64,000 bases of DNA from a virus. Its lineage: Duplodnaviria; Caudoviricetes. Where the stretch lies: positions 32,001-96,000 of the IMG/VR virus record IMGVR_UViG_3300044557_000107; one strand, given 5' to 3'. The notes under the pieces were generated by a model. That model was not told the origin of the DNA, ran no database searches, and was given only the letters and a program-made list of their open reading frames with translations. A program made the translations under genes and the position numbers. This document shows positions 26,345 through 37,231 of this stretch, piece after piece; the first letter of the stretch is position 1, and each line of letters opens with the position of its first letter.

Positions 26345-29300
26345 TTATTCCTGTGTCATGATGCATTGAAGTGCTTTTACCCGCGGACGTTCATAACTGT
26401 TAGATGTGGATAAGTCTAAACGTATCTTGAATTGCTTACTCCAGTTATCGGTATTATCACCAGTTGCGGTGGTTTGAGTATAAGATACACCTGTCCAATC
26501 TCCTTGAGTAGTCGTTACAGGGTTCGCTGTAAATGCCGTCCATGTAGTACCACCATCCGTACTGTATTTTGGAACAACATTAGCAGTTGAAGGAGTTATC
26601 TGACCATACGTTACCTTTAGAGTATTATATGGACTTGCTGTCATATCAACATTGAGACCAATGTAGGAACCCGAAAGTCCATGCAAGAAAGCACCAAGGG
26701 ATAGATCTTCAGTACTCAGTAGTGGTGAAGAATACATAGAGGCATCAAAGGTTGCTTTTAATTGGAGTTGCTTAATTAGTCCATTTGCTTGAACTAACGT
26801 ATAATTTGATAATGCTATCCAAGGCAACGTTGTAATATCAGTATTAGATGCTGTACTAGAATAGATTGCGCGGTAGTACCAAGTAGCACCCGTATTATTT
26901 GGTGTTAAGTAAGTACTTAACAAGAGAAGACTATCTAAGTTAACGGTCATAGGCTTAAATAGAATAGTGGCTGATGAGTTATATTGAGCCGCGTAGATAT
27001 TAAACTTCAAATCAGAAGTTTGTTGCTCAGACCATGTATAGGCGTTAGAAGATTCAAACATCATTCCTGGAGTATAAGCATTCTGATTAAGTGTCCCTAC
27101 GTTGCCAATTAATGTTTCTCCTTGTTTAGCATAGTAAACGGAGTAATCATCAGAATTTGCTAATATTACGATACAATATTGTGTACCAGAGTCTAATCGG
27201 ATCATATCGTCAAAAGATACTTTAGTTTCTACAGAAGCATCTGATGATACACTAACTTGACTAGATGACAGAATTGCAGTTCCATAGATGGTTTCATTAG
27301 GAAATCCTGAAGTCATTCCACGTACTTGAACTTTAACACTGTCTGTGTTAGACTTAGAAGCGAAATAGAGTCCTAAGGACGTCATGTTGTAATACGTAGT
27401 AGGAACAAATGACTGAGCTAGAGGATCTGTAAAATGTGCGGTTACATAAGTCTTAAAGATAATATCTTCGACAGTCTTTTTAATCCCTTGAGCTTCATAA
27501 GGAGCCTCAGCAGAATCTGCATCATTGGTGAAGACAACTTCACGGGTACCACAAGGAACATTAGCTGGGATAACAAAAGTTCCTTGATATGATCCATCAG
27601 CGGCTACTTGAACTTGACCAGAACTATTAGCGGCGTTATAACCAGAACCGGCGGTAATTGGACAAGTTATTCCATAAAAAGTGATATAGAATCCCGTTGC
27701 ATTAGGAGTTAATCCAGTAGCTGAAAATGATAATGTACGAGAGCGAATATACTGTTCCATGGATTCGGTAGTCTGAGTACCACCAGCACTTAAAACAGTT
27801 CCTTGAAGATCTTGAATACCAAGGTTTGTTCCTTCTGTAAATTCAGTCCAGTTACCATTAACATAACTACTTGAATAAGAACTATTTGCAGTATTCCAAG
27901 TAGCATTTTGGACATACCATTCGGCATCTGATGAGTTTATATATCCCCCATGTTGCCACCAGCGATCAAGATAAATTGTCTTATACTGGTCTTCAGTAAC
28001 GGTAACATTGTCAGTATCAATCCAGTTATCAGAACTTGGTGTTAATACTAGCTTACCTTCTCGGGCTTGGTCATATGGATTGACATTTATTGTACTAGTA
28101 GCTTGAGTTTGCTTAATTACTGCGGTTTCCGTAAAGGGTGCCGTAATTAAAGTACTCGTTGTATCTAAGTTGGACTGAGTTAAGTCAAGTTCCGGAGTAA
28201 CATCGACTTGTGCAGTATACGGAAGAGTTAATTCTGCGTCATCGAAGCTCATAGCCGCATCCCAAATAGGATTAGTAGTATCTGCTTTGTCTAGGCTAAT
28301 AAAGCCATCAGAAAATACGCCTCGAAGACTTGTTGGATCTGTTGCATTATAAGATGCTTTATCAAGCATATTAATAGCTTCATTATACTCAATATTGTCT
28401 ACTCGGGTCTTTAGCTTTCCTAAGTCACTCATAGTTAAATTAGAGGTTACATAGACGTTAGAAGAACTATTAGATGAATTAGGGTATAATTCTACATACC
28501 CAATTTGAAGTACCGTACTATCAACTAAGTTAGGTGCCGCAACAGTATCTGCATTAGCTGGAGTCCCTGTATGAACAGTTAAGTTACCATCTTTATCAAT
28601 TGTGATAAGATCTTTACGGTATAAGTAGTATTCGTAAGTAGTCTGAATTAAGCTATTACTAATTAAGACACCACCTGTACTATCACCGGATCCTACAATT
28701 CCCATACCGGTAAAGTCAATATAAGTAACAGCCAAATCACCGGTTCCAGTAACGACCTTGTAGTCTGTATTTAAGACTAATGTTTTGTTGTATACATACG
28801 TAACCCGATAAGAAGTACCCGCAGTAGGATAACTTCCAGAAGCCTTCCAAGTAATACTAGTGTGATCGTTAGTGTAGTCGGTTCCAGCAGTATAAGTAAC
28901 ACCACTGGTACCTTCCGTAAATACTTTTTCGACGGTCAAGACATTACTATCGGGGAAAGTATCAGTTCCCCCAACAGTAGCTCCCCGAGTCATCGTTACA
29001 GTTTTACGAACCTGAGCTACAACGGTATCTACAGATTTAACTGCGGGATAGCTTAAATTGTACTTATAGGTTCCTGTAGTGTAGTAATTTCCTTCAGACT
29101 GTTCGGTAGCTGTAGTTAATGATTTATCTACAGCAATACGTGTAGGGTATTTCTTCTTTACTGGGTATCCTAACACGTAGGCATTTCCTGAATCTACGAT
29201 AATATCCACTTTATTTGTATTAGATGCGTTTTGTGCGGTGCTTAATCCAAATCCATTAGTACCTGAGCGGAAACTACCATTAGTATCATAACTCGTATTA

Positions 29301-29848
29301 GCAATCAGTTCTTGGACCTTACTAAGTTCCGTACTAATATTATTATTAACTAAAACACCGTCTTTAAACGTATAAATAGTTGCCGCGGTAGAATCATTTG
29401 CGACAAGACTAACAGTCTCTTGAAGTCGATCAGCCCCTAGAGACTGGTAAGCATCGGTACCAACTGCGGGATTCTTTAAACTAGGATCATCGTCTGCTGT
29501 AATGATGCTTTGAATTAATTTAACGCCTAGAGTTTCTGTTCCAGCTCCGGTGATTGACACCGTTTGTTCTGGAAAGTGACGACGCATGCCTCCAAGATAA
29601 ACGTCGCCTTCAGATACGGTAATGCTATTTCCAGATTGGGTATATCCCATTCCAGACTGTTTATCACCATCCGACATAACTGAATCTCCAACACCTTTAA
29701 TAGCATAATGGAGTTCAGATTGCATTTCATTTAATTCAGATGCTGATAGTTGTCGGTCAACGTTAAATAAAACCATGGTTCGATTATTACTAGAGTCATA
29801 ACGATCATAGTAAGGACTAACAGTTAAGTCAATGGTTGTGTCTGCCAA
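26345..29848 (-). CDS. Adsorption-associated tail/baseplate protein (DUF4815-like)
   Basis: SPYYDRY, LSASELNEMQ, GADRLQE and DPLAQSF motifs; size and synteny. Confidence 0.85.
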   Translation of the reverse strand: MADTTIDLTVSPYYDRYDSSNNRTMVLFNVDRQLSASELNEMQSELHYAIKGVGDSVMSDGDKQSGMGYTQSGNSITVSEGDVYLGGMRRHFPEQTVSITGAGTETLGVKLIQSIITADDDPSLKNPAVGTDAYQSLGADRLQETVSLVANDSTAATIYTFKDGVLVNNNISTELSKVQELIANTSYDTNGSFRSGTNGFGLSTAQNASNTNKVDIIVDSGNAYVLGYPVKKKYPTRIAVDKSLTTATEQSEGNYYTTGTYKYNLSYPAVKSVDTVVAQVRKTVTMTRGATVGGTDTFPDSNVLTVEKVFTEGTSGVTYTAGTDYTNDHTSITWKASGSYPTAGTSYRVTYVYNKTLVLNTDYKVVTGTGDLAVTYIDFTGMGIVGSGDSTGGVLISNSLIQTTYEYYLYRKDLITIDKDGNLTVHTGTPANADTVAAPNLVDSTVLQIGYVELYPNSSNSSSNVYVTSNLTMSDLGKLKTRVDNIEYNEAINMLDKASYNATDPTSLRGVFSDGFISLDKADTTNPIWDAAMSFDDAELTLPYTAQVDVTPELDLTQSNLDTTSTLITAPFTETAVIKQTQATSTINVNPYDQAREGKLVLTPSSDNWIDTDNVTVTEDQYKTIYLDRWWQHGGYINSSDAEWYVQNATWNTANSSYSSSYVNGNWTEFTEGTNLGIQDLQGTVLSAGGTQTTESMEQYIRSRTLSFSATGLTPNATGFYITFYGITCPITAGSGYNAANSSGQVQVAADGSYQGTFVIPANVPCGTREVVFTNDADSAEAPYEAQGIKKTVEDIIFKTYVTAHFTDPLAQSFVPTTYYNMTSLGLYFASKSNTDSVKVQVRGMTSGFPNETIYGTAILSSSQVSVSSDASVETKVSFDDMIRLDSGTQYCIVILANSDDYSVYYAKQGETLIGNVGTLNQNAYTPGMMFESSNAYTWSEQQTSDLKFNIYAAQYNSSATILFKPMTVNLDSLLLLSTYLTPNNTGATWYYRAIYSSTASNTDITTLPWIALSNYTLVQANGLIKQLQLKATFDASMYSSPLLSTEDLSLGAFLHGLSGSYIGLNVDMTASPYNTLKVTYGQITPSTANVVPKYSTDGGTTWTAFTANPVTTTQGDWTGVSYTQTTATGDNTDNWSKQFKIRLDLSTSNSYERPRVKALQCIMTQE

Positions 29849-29874
29849 TTTATTAATACCTCTTTCTTTTTTAT

Positions 29875-30125
29875 AAATAAAAGTTGAGAAAACACGTTAC
29901 TTTAGTTGCGTGATGAATCAATTAGTGATATACTAAGAACTATAAAGAACTTAGGTAACCTTAGATGCGAAAACCAAGTATCTTAATAGGTTGCTTAAGT
30001 ATATTTAAGTAAACCAATATGGGTCGGGACGACCCTTAGTAAATAGCTGTAACCTCTAGGTACTTTAGGGTACCCAAGTATGCAGTGTTCCTAGAAGCTC
30101 GCTACTAAAGTAACGAGTGGTTCAC
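29875..30125 (+). mobile_element. 251-bp non-autonomous IS200/IS605 mini-element, copy C, with omegaRNA
   Basis: TTAT at 29871-29874; hairpin 29893-29912; promoter TTGCGT(29906)-17-TATACT(29929); scaffold 30019-30125 ending TTCAC. Confidence 0.9.
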
Positions 30126-30135
30126 TTCCTTCTTT

Positions 30136-30726
30136 CTAGTTCGCTAATAGAATTTCAATGGGAACAATCGCGCTTAAAGTAACTTGAGTATTACTTTGAG
30201 GATAAATTGGGGATATATTAGAGTATTCTATTAGTGTTCCTGTATTAGATATTTCTGTAGGCTTTAAAATAGTTTTTTGTGTACTAGCAGTAACTCCCAA
30301 GCAAATCCCATATTGTCTAAAACCATTAGTAATTGAAATATCACTATTAGTAAATGATGTTACGAAATAGACACAATCAGGTACATTAGTTGCACTAAGA
30401 TTACTTTCATCCATTATTTCGTAGGTAGTACCTTGAAATTCTATTGTACTTACAGGTACTGAAGTTGTCGTTGTAGTAGTGGTAGTAGAGTTACTTGTTG
30501 TAGTCGTGGTAGTAGTCGGAATAGTATATTTTTTTAAGGGGACTGCTTTAGTTGCTTGAACGTAATACTGAATATCTTCAAGATTGCTTGTAGTTACACT
30601 TTCTGTATCCGGGGTAGCTTCATTGATCCAAGCACTTGTTTTACCCAATGAAAAGTATATTTGAGTTACGTTACTAATCAAATATTTATATATTAAATTT
30701 TTTAAGTTATTTGTTGGGGTTGCCAT
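30136..30726 (-). CDS. Baseplate protein with internal poly-Thr insertion
   Basis: LGKTSAW..E..P and GFRQYG motifs; synteny. Confidence 0.75.
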   Translation of the reverse strand: MATPTNNLKNLIYKYLISNVTQIYFSLGKTSAWINEATPDTESVTTSNLEDIQYYVQATKAVPLKKYTIPTTTTTTTSNSTTTTTTTTSVPVSTIEFQGTTYEIMDESNLSATNVPDCVYFVTSFTNSDISITNGFRQYGICLGVTASTQKTILKPTEISNTGTLIEYSNISPIYPQSNTQVTLSAIVPIEILLAN

Positions 30727-30744
30727 AATTTTCCTTTCCGAGTA

Positions 30745-33033
30745 CTATGGTGCTGTCGTTGTTGTAGTCGTAGTAGCTAAGGGTACTAATATTTCTTCAC
30801 TTTCACTATTAATATAGGCGGTTGTATCATTATATTTATCAAATATTCCTTGTAAATATAAGTAAATATTATTAAAAATAGTATTTATTAATGAATTTTC
30901 TGGATCACTACATGATAACAGAGAGTACCCTGATGTGCTTACATAATCCTGCAAATTGCTTATTTTAGAACCTGAGGTTAAGCTATCAAAAGTACTTGTA
31001 TTAAAATTATATAGCATAATCGGAAGACTAGGCGAAATATTTGCATTTAAAGTTACTTCTAAATTGCTTATAATTGACTTCCATGCAGAATCATAATTTA
31101 ATGTAGGATTATCTTTTATGTAAAGACTTATGAAGCTCCCAAAACGATTATAAAAGATATCTTTAAAAGCAATAGATACACTTAAATTTTTAAGCACATC
31201 TGCTGGATTAGGTGTCCATGGAGTGGCTGTGGCACCTTTCTCTAGTTTAAGATGACTAATAGTAGCAGTACCTGTACCACTGAGTTGAATATATCCAAAA
31301 CCTTGATTTACATTTGTTACTACTGTAGGTACTCTGAAGAAAGCAGACATTCTACCGGATCCTGAATCACTATTGTAGTTTATAGGGTACACCCAAGGTC
31401 CATGATATGCATTATCTGATGGAGTACTAAATCTTACTTCCCATCCTAATCTATTATTACCACTGCCTACTGTGAAATCAACATATTCATAATCATAAGA
31501 GATGGTTACTAATTGTCCTTCTAATGATTGAAATAATGCTAGTAATCCATCTTGATTCTCATTACACAGATATCCTTGGGTATTGCTTCCTACAACACTA
31601 GCTTGACCTGTTCCAGTCAGTAAGTTATTTCCAACTGTATCACTACTATTATCTTTACCATCGAAATTAAGATCTTTTGATTGGATATTGATGGGGTTAA
31701 AATAGGATTCTGATGATGGGCTGAGTGATATTAAGTTTTCATTCGTTAGATCATATGATACATAGGTAAATTCTGCTGGATTAGGGCACCAATCAGTTGC
31801 TACACTACCCTTTTCTAGCTTTTCTTCTTTCCAATAAACAAGTATGTCTTTGCTTTGTGCAGAAAATCCTAGTGGAGTTAAGTTAATATATCTTACTTCT
31901 GCTGGAATTGTAAAAGTAACTTTAGATACCCCACCAGTATTAGCTAATACAATGTTCCCTTGACCAATGATGTCATACCAATTCTTGTTTTCATCATATG
32001 AACCAATGAGAACACGAGCGTCCACCGGATTTTCTTTTCCTACATACACTTGATATGTGTAAGTTTCCCCTGCATTAACTTCGTATTGAAACCCGTTAGT
32101 AGCTTCTTGCCCACTGTCTTCATTTCCAGCGGGGACAGTTCCTGATTTTAATTCACTACTGGTACCGGTTAGTAGGTTATTCCCTAAAGAGCTCCAATAG
32201 TTTAATTGATCTAAATAATTACTATCAAAGTTATTTTCAATCCCACTTAAAGTATTCTCAGTTATAACTCCACTACTATACATTGTACGATCTTTATTAA
32301 TATCACCACCCAGTACATCAGGACCATCAAGATAGCTACTATCTAGCTTAAAAATATTACTATTAATAATATTCTTGTAAGCATAACTACTGTCAATTAT
32401 TTGATCAATATTAAAATTAGATCCCATATAGGTACTAATAATAGAATCGGTCAAGGTATCTAATCTTAATTTATAGGTGTCCTTGTAATAACTTCCGCCA
32501 TCTAATTTGGAGTTTATCCAGAACATAACTCCAGCCGGTTTAAATGCTTGAATAATATCTGAAATTTCTTGTGAAGGGGCTTGATCAATATTTACAGTAA
32601 TGATCGCATATCTGTAATAATGACCTTCTAAGTGATCTGCACCATCTAGAAAGCTTTTATCTAAAGTAAACATATTTTTATAGGGTTCATAAACACTAAT
32701 ATTAGCATTAGGCAAGTCTAAAATAGTTTTTAGGGCATGCACAATAGAATTAACAGTACCCCGCTTTAAAAGTACAAAATCATGAATCCATTGACGATAA
32801 TCATCATCTGATTGCCCATCTTTTCGATATACGCCAAACCATGATCCAAACTCGTCAAGGTAGCTCCCATCAGCAGTATTTAAGAAACTTTCTATTTTAG
32901 ATTGAATGCCATACGATTCTGCTGTTGTTAGAGAGTCTCCAATAGCTTGTAGTAAAGCATAACCCGCAGTAGAATTTGAATTATCATTTTTTGTTACTCG
33001 TAGTAAAGGATGAAGATTCTTAAAGAAGTTCAA
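30745..33033 (-). CDS. Baseplate/tail morphogenetic protein with two inserted CBM-like modules
   Basis: N-terminus FFKNLHPLL...YLDEFG.WFGVYR...KPAGV; two GNNLLTGT...KLEKG..AT.W.PNPA modules. Confidence 0.75.
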   Translation of the reverse strand: MNFFKNLHPLLRVTKNDNSNSTAGYALLQAIGDSLTTAESYGIQSKIESFLNTADGSYLDEFGSWFGVYRKDGQSDDDYRQWIHDFVLLKRGTVNSIVHALKTILDLPNANISVYEPYKNMFTLDKSFLDGADHLEGHYYRYAIITVNIDQAPSQEISDIIQAFKPAGVMFWINSKLDGGSYYKDTYKLRLDTLTDSIISTYMGSNFNIDQIIDSSYAYKNIINSNIFKLDSSYLDGPDVLGGDINKDRTMYSSGVITENTLSGIENNFDSNYLDQLNYWSSLGNNLLTGTSSELKSGTVPAGNEDSGQEATNGFQYEVNAGETYTYQVYVGKENPVDARVLIGSYDENKNWYDIIGQGNIVLANTGGVSKVTFTIPAEVRYINLTPLGFSAQSKDILVYWKEEKLEKGSVATDWCPNPAEFTYVSYDLTNENLISLSPSSESYFNPINIQSKDLNFDGKDNSSDTVGNNLLTGTGQASVVGSNTQGYLCNENQDGLLALFQSLEGQLVTISYDYEYVDFTVGSGNNRLGWEVRFSTPSDNAYHGPWVYPINYNSDSGSGRMSAFFRVPTVVTNVNQGFGYIQLSGTGTATISHLKLEKGATATPWTPNPADVLKNLSVSIAFKDIFYNRFGSFISLYIKDNPTLNYDSAWKSIISNLEVTLNANISPSLPIMLYNFNTSTFDSLTSGSKISNLQDYVSTSGYSLLSCSDPENSLINTIFNNIYLYLQGIFDKYNDTTAYINSESEEILVPLATTTTTTTAP

Positions 33034-33048
33034 GGTTCCACCACCTTT

Positions 33049-34626
33049 CTAAGATGTTTGTGCGTCAATGTCTAATGTGACTGTACCAGAACGAATTAGT
33101 TGGCTAGGTTCTGCAATAATGTTAGAATGTTCATATTCATAAATTTTCTGATTAAGATCTACTAGTTCTGTATTATAGGAATTTAATATTGTATTAGCGG
33201 CTTCTTGAACTAAGTAGCTAAAGCTAACACGACTATCAAAGTATTGAGCAAACGTACTTTGATACGTTGTATAGTCAATAGTAGTTTGAGATTCCGAATC
33301 AGCGGCAATAGAATTTATATAGGTTACGACATTATTATACGCATTAACATATGCCGCATAAGAAACACTGTAAGTATGCATCAATGCAGTGTCGCTGATA
33401 TAGTTACTGTTAATTGTTGCAAGTAAAGCATTTAAAGTTACTTTATCAGTTGGTGTAATAATAGTATCGGCTCCAATAGCAAGAATATTGGGTAAGGTAA
33501 CAGAAACATCATTCTGAGCCGTAGCGACTAATAGGTTCATATTCTGTAAGGATGTAGTAGCACTAGATATATTATCTTGTAGATTACTTACTTGAGTGTT
33601 AAGATCATCCGAAATAGGCTGGGTAATTTGAACATCTACAATTATTTTAGAGTCCACTTGCATAACTTGGCTTACTAAGTAATTCAATATTAAGTCTTGA
33701 CCCGCAGTTAAAGTATTGATTGAATTTTGAACCTTAGCAATAATAGTATTTTCTAGGTTAACTGTATCATTATCAATATTATTAACTGTTACGGATACAA
33801 TTAAGTCTACGTTGTTTTTATCAATTGCGAGTACTTGGAGAGGAACTCCCGCGGGTTTATAATCGTCCATAATTCCTTGGTTCATCGTTCCGTCACCATC
33901 TAAGGTTTTAAGAATACTATTTTTAAGATCATCGCTAAGATTACCGTTAGCATCATGTGCATATACCGTAATCATTCCAGGTTCTTCATAAACATAAACT
34001 CCAGTAACATTTTCAACACTTCGAGTACCATAATCAATAGACTTTACAGTAGCTCTTCCAAGAGCTAGGATAAATCGACGAAATCTTGAACGTAAATTGG
34101 CGTCGGATTCTTCATCTTGACCGGTACTCAAGGCATACTGATTAGTTACTACAGATATATTTGATACCGTTGTTTTAATACGATTAATAAATCCTGCTGG
34201 AATATTACCAATAGTACCTGTTACGGTACAATACACAGGAACAGTAGCGGACATGGAGTTAGCAGGTATTCTAATAGGAGTGATTGTGCTATAGGTCTGA
34301 TTATAACCCGAAACATCACTATAGAATGTGGTTCCTTGCGGTAATACAAAGTCTTGGCTAAGGATATTAAAAAAGTCTACAGTAACTGTTCCATAAGCGG
34401 CTATGGCTTCTCGCTTATCAAATCCAAAAGCTTGAGTGATTCCATTGGCAATTCCCGCTAGGATATTTTCTTGAGTTAACATGTAGTAAGACTCTAATTC
34501 TTCAGCTACAGCATCATAGATAGATCTTACAATAGACCCTGGTGTAAAATCAGTTAGCTCAGAAGTATGAATCATTGTTACATCAATTAGTCTTCCTAGA
34601 ATATCTGTAATACTTTTAAATTTCAC
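33049..34626 (-). CDS. Baseplate J-like wedge protein with C-terminal helical insertion
   Basis: TDFTPGS, GQDEESD..LRSR and KPAGV motifs. Confidence 0.85.
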   Translation of the reverse strand: MKFKSITDILGRLIDVTMIHTSELTDFTPGSIVRSIYDAVAEELESYYMLTQENILAGIANGITQAFGFDKREAIAAYGTVTVDFFNILSQDFVLPQGTTFYSDVSGYNQTYSTITPIRIPANSMSATVPVYCTVTGTIGNIPAGFINRIKTTVSNISVVTNQYALSTGQDEESDANLRSRFRRFILALGRATVKSIDYGTRSVENVTGVYVYEEPGMITVYAHDANGNLSDDLKNSILKTLDGDGTMNQGIMDDYKPAGVPLQVLAIDKNNVDLIVSVTVNNIDNDTVNLENTIIAKVQNSINTLTAGQDLILNYLVSQVMQVDSKIIVDVQITQPISDDLNTQVSNLQDNISSATTSLQNMNLLVATAQNDVSVTLPNILAIGADTIITPTDKVTLNALLATINSNYISDTALMHTYSVSYAAYVNAYNNVVTYINSIAADSESQTTIDYTTYQSTFAQYFDSRVSFSYLVQEAANTILNSYNTELVDLNQKIYEYEHSNIIAEPSQLIRSGTVTLDIDAQTS

Positions 34627-34641
34627 AGGGAAATCTCCTTT

Positions 34642-35145
34642 CTAAAATATTTTAATAAAACTAATAATTTTGCTTAGTGAGAAAACGTTAGCCGCTAAAA
34701 GTCCGTTATCTCTGACAATCATTGGAATAGATTGTTTAAACGTCCGATGCACGTCTAAGTATGGATTGTAGTGGTCTGGCTTTTCAACATGAAAGATAAT
34801 TCTATAAATATCTTTTTTTCGATATATATAAAGATATCCATGAGGAAGGTCAATTAGTTCTTGATCATCTTGATCAATATTACTATCATTGCCTAAGAAC
34901 CCAGGGAGAGACAAGTTGCCAAGTTTAGGTGGATTAGCCAGAAGAACTCCTAAAGTGTCCTGACGGTCGTTTAAGTGTCCTTCAAGAGAGGTTTGACTGG
35001 TGTCTGATAATCTTTTAGTAGCTAAGTAAGATACAGCAAGTACATATTCCTTTAAAAATTTCTGATACTGTTTAACTTCTTTTTGTTTTATTTTAAGAAC
35101 TTTATAGGACTCTTTCCGAGCTACTTTGGGGTTTATTTTGTACAT
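34642..35145 (-). CDS. Hypothetical protein within the baseplate operon
   Basis: 167 aa, AGGAG RBS. Confidence 0.6.
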   Translation of the reverse strand: MYKINPKVARKESYKVLKIKQKEVKQYQKFLKEYVLAVSYLATKRLSDTSQTSLEGHLNDRQDTLGVLLANPPKLGNLSLPGFLGNDSNIDQDDQELIDLPHGYLYIYRKKDIYRIIFHVEKPDHYNPYLDVHRTFKQSIPMIVRDNGLLAANVFSLSKIISFIKIF

Positions 35146-35155
35146 TTAAAGTCTC

Positions 35156-35905
35156 CTAGTCTGTTAGAGTAAAGTTTCCTGTATCATTTGCGTTTAGGAC
35201 AAATGTCCAGCTAGTTTCAAGTCCTTGAGGAACAACTGTCCAGGAACTTGTTACTTTATTTCCTAGTGCCGTAAAATAATTACACGTAACGCTTCCAACT
35301 CGACTATCTGTTTCTAAGCATTGTTGAATGGAGTTTTTAGTGGCTTCTAAGTATATAGACGAAGGTTGCCCAATCATAGTACTTAAAGTAGATCCATATC
35401 CGGTATGTAATGCTAGAGTTCCTTTACGAGTACTTAAACGCATAATAATAGCTTGCTTTAGATTATTGGAACCTTTGTTTAGTGCTAGATCTCCTTTACC
35501 ATTAGCTTCCATATCGGCTAATCCATCATAAGTACCTAGATTAGCGAACTCTGAGTTTGTGTAGTCTATGGCTAGGTCATTTCCAAGGGCTAGCTGTTCA
35601 ATTGTTTCTTGGTCGCGCACAGGTAAATTATTTGGGTCAATATCGGACAGAGATGTATTCGATGGAATAATGATAGTATCGCCCGGGCACATTAGATGAG
35701 ATACATTATTTAATTTTTCTTCCGGAGTATCTACTAAGTATGGATACTGTAATCCATTGTACTTGACAATGTCTTTCCATAAGCTTACGTCTCCTAAATA
35801 GTTAGCCGCTATTTGTTGGATGGTTTCATCTTGCGTAATTACATGCTTATATTGACGAACGTTAATAGAACTGTCTGTGTAATTTGTTAAGTTATTGTTA
35901 GCCAT
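35156..35905 (-). CDS. Baseplate wedge subunit (LysM-like + gp25-like)
   Basis: DETIQQIA..YLGD...W..I..YN; NLKQAI..RL.T..G.L..H..YGS; DSRV. Confidence 0.8.
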   Translation of the reverse strand: MANNNLTNYTDSSINVRQYKHVITQDETIQQIAANYLGDVSLWKDIVKYNGLQYPYLVDTPEEKLNNVSHLMCPGDTIIIPSNTSLSDIDPNNLPVRDQETIEQLALGNDLAIDYTNSEFANLGTYDGLADMEANGKGDLALNKGSNNLKQAIIMRLSTRKGTLALHTGYGSTLSTMIGQPSSIYLEATKNSIQQCLETDSRVGSVTCNYFTALGNKVTSSWTVVPQGLETSWTFVLNANDTGNFTLTD

Positions 35906-36452
35906 TACTGTACCCCCCTAACTTTAGTTCATTGTTATATGTGTTAACTGCGGCAGTCATGTAGCCCACGTATATTGCTAAATTCTGTAAGGATGTTATA
36001 AGGTCTACATAGTTACTTGAACTAATAGACTCTAGCTCACTAACAACATAATTAATATTTTGAATATTTTGTGTAATAGCATCAGTGGTTGCATAGGCTA
36101 AGTAATCAGTTGAGGAATCCCCATTAATAGCATAAGCTAGTGAGAAAGTTTCTAGGCATATTACTCGAATCATTAGGTATATATTTGGATATTGGTACGG
36201 TAAATCAGAGTTACTTGATAAATATGCAATAGAATCTTGACTTAGATCTGAGTAGTCATTAAAGTCATTATTTGTCTGAATTAACCGATTAATGAGAACT
36301 GCTAAATAGCTAACTTTTAATTCTGGTGTATAGTAATCCGAAGTAAAAGTTAAGTCCGCGTCTAAATTTGATTTCACATACCCATCTGAATCTATATTTG
36401 AAATAGTTATAAAATATAAATACTTGTTTGGCTGGTTAATTGATATACTCAA
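35898..36452 (-). CDS. Baseplate protein
   Basis: Synteny; overlaps the next gene. Confidence 0.55.
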   Translation of the reverse strand: MSISINQPNKYLYFITISNIDSDGYVKSNLDADLTFTSDYYTPELKVSYLAVLINRLIQTNNDFNDYSDLSQDSIAYLSSNSDLPYQYPNIYLMIRVICLETFSLAYAINGDSSTDYLAYATTDAITQNIQNINYVVSELESISSSNYVDLITSLQNLAIYVGYMTAAVNTYNNELKLGGYSNG

Positions 36453-36473
36453 GTATAGGGATCTCCTTTCCTA

Positions 36474-37151
36474 TTATTTAGAACCGGTTGCTTGTGCGGC
36501 GGCCGTTGCGGCTGATGTTGAAGTTGTCGATGATGTATTAGGGTTTACAGCGGCGGCTGAGGTGGCGGCTGAGTTTCCTGTAGTTGCGGTACCCGCAGTA
36601 GATACTGCTTCAGACGTCTGAACATTGTTAAGTCCTGTTACACTAGGATATATATTTCCTAGTTCCGTACTGTCTCGGTCATTAGGGTCAGCTTCACCAG
36701 CAGGTTTAAGAATAATAAAGTTAATAGCATAAACATACCATAGAGGATTATCAACGTCCCGTTGGATACTATAACCATCTGCGTCTATATGGACGGTATA
36801 AGAGTATCCATCTGTATTATTGTAAAAAATTAGGGGGTTAGCTGGACGCATTCCTCCGTTAGAAGCAAGAACATAGTTATCTAGAATACTTTGTAAGTTA
36901 TCCATTCTTTGCTTTCCGGAGGTTCCATCAGACATTAATTTAACACCAGTATTCCCGGATAAAGTGATTGTGCCAAGTCCATGACTAAAATCTTGTACAG
37001 CAACTGTGGTTTGCGTTTGGGAGACGGTAGTCCGGTGTGGCCATGTTATTTCATACTGTTGAGGGTTAATATCTAAGGTAACTACTTGAGATCCATATTG
37101 GATACTCATGTTATCTAGTCTTGTTGAGCTTACTCCATCGTTTTGAGCCAT
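36474..37151 (-). CDS. Baseplate hub / tube-initiator-like protein
   Basis: INPQQY...P.RT, ITLSGNTG and R....P..Y.Y.I motifs. Confidence 0.65.
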   Translation of the reverse strand: MAQNDGVSSTRLDNMSIQYGSQVVTLDINPQQYEITWPHRTTVSQTQTTVAVQDFSHGLGTITLSGNTGVKLMSDGTSGKQRMDNLQSILDNYVLASNGGMRPANPLIFYNNTDGYSYTVHIDADGYSIQRDVDNPLWYVYAINFIILKPAGEADPNDRDSTELGNIYPSVTGLNNVQTSEAVSTAGTATTGNSAATSAAAVNPNTSSTTSTSAATAAAQATGSK

Positions 37152-37179
37152 TAATACACCTTCTTTTTATTATCAAAGT

Positions 37180-37187
37180 TAATCTAG
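37180..37187 (-). promoter_or_regulatory. Putative late promoter CTAGATTA
   Basis: Immediately after a terminator and before the baseplate operon. Confidence 0.6.
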
Positions 37188-37194
37188 TTGTACT

Positions 37195-37228
37195 AAAAAG
37201 GACTACATACCAACTATGTAGTCCTTTT
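37195..37228. terminator. Rho-independent terminator
   Basis: AAAAGGACTACATA-loop-TATGTAGTCCTTTT. Confidence 0.8.
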
Positions 37229-37231
37229 ACC

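Noticed and set aside
29872-29879. TATAAATA (T4 late promoter) upstream of all three mini-elements
   Set aside because: Explained by target TTAT plus the element's first bases AAATA; the late motif in this phage is CTA(T/G)ATTA
31200-32185. Duplicated CBM-like modules as a diversity-generating retroelement TR/VR pair
   Set aside because: Similarity is limited to module ends, both copies are coding, no adenine-specific mismatch pattern, and no reverse transcriptase in the window
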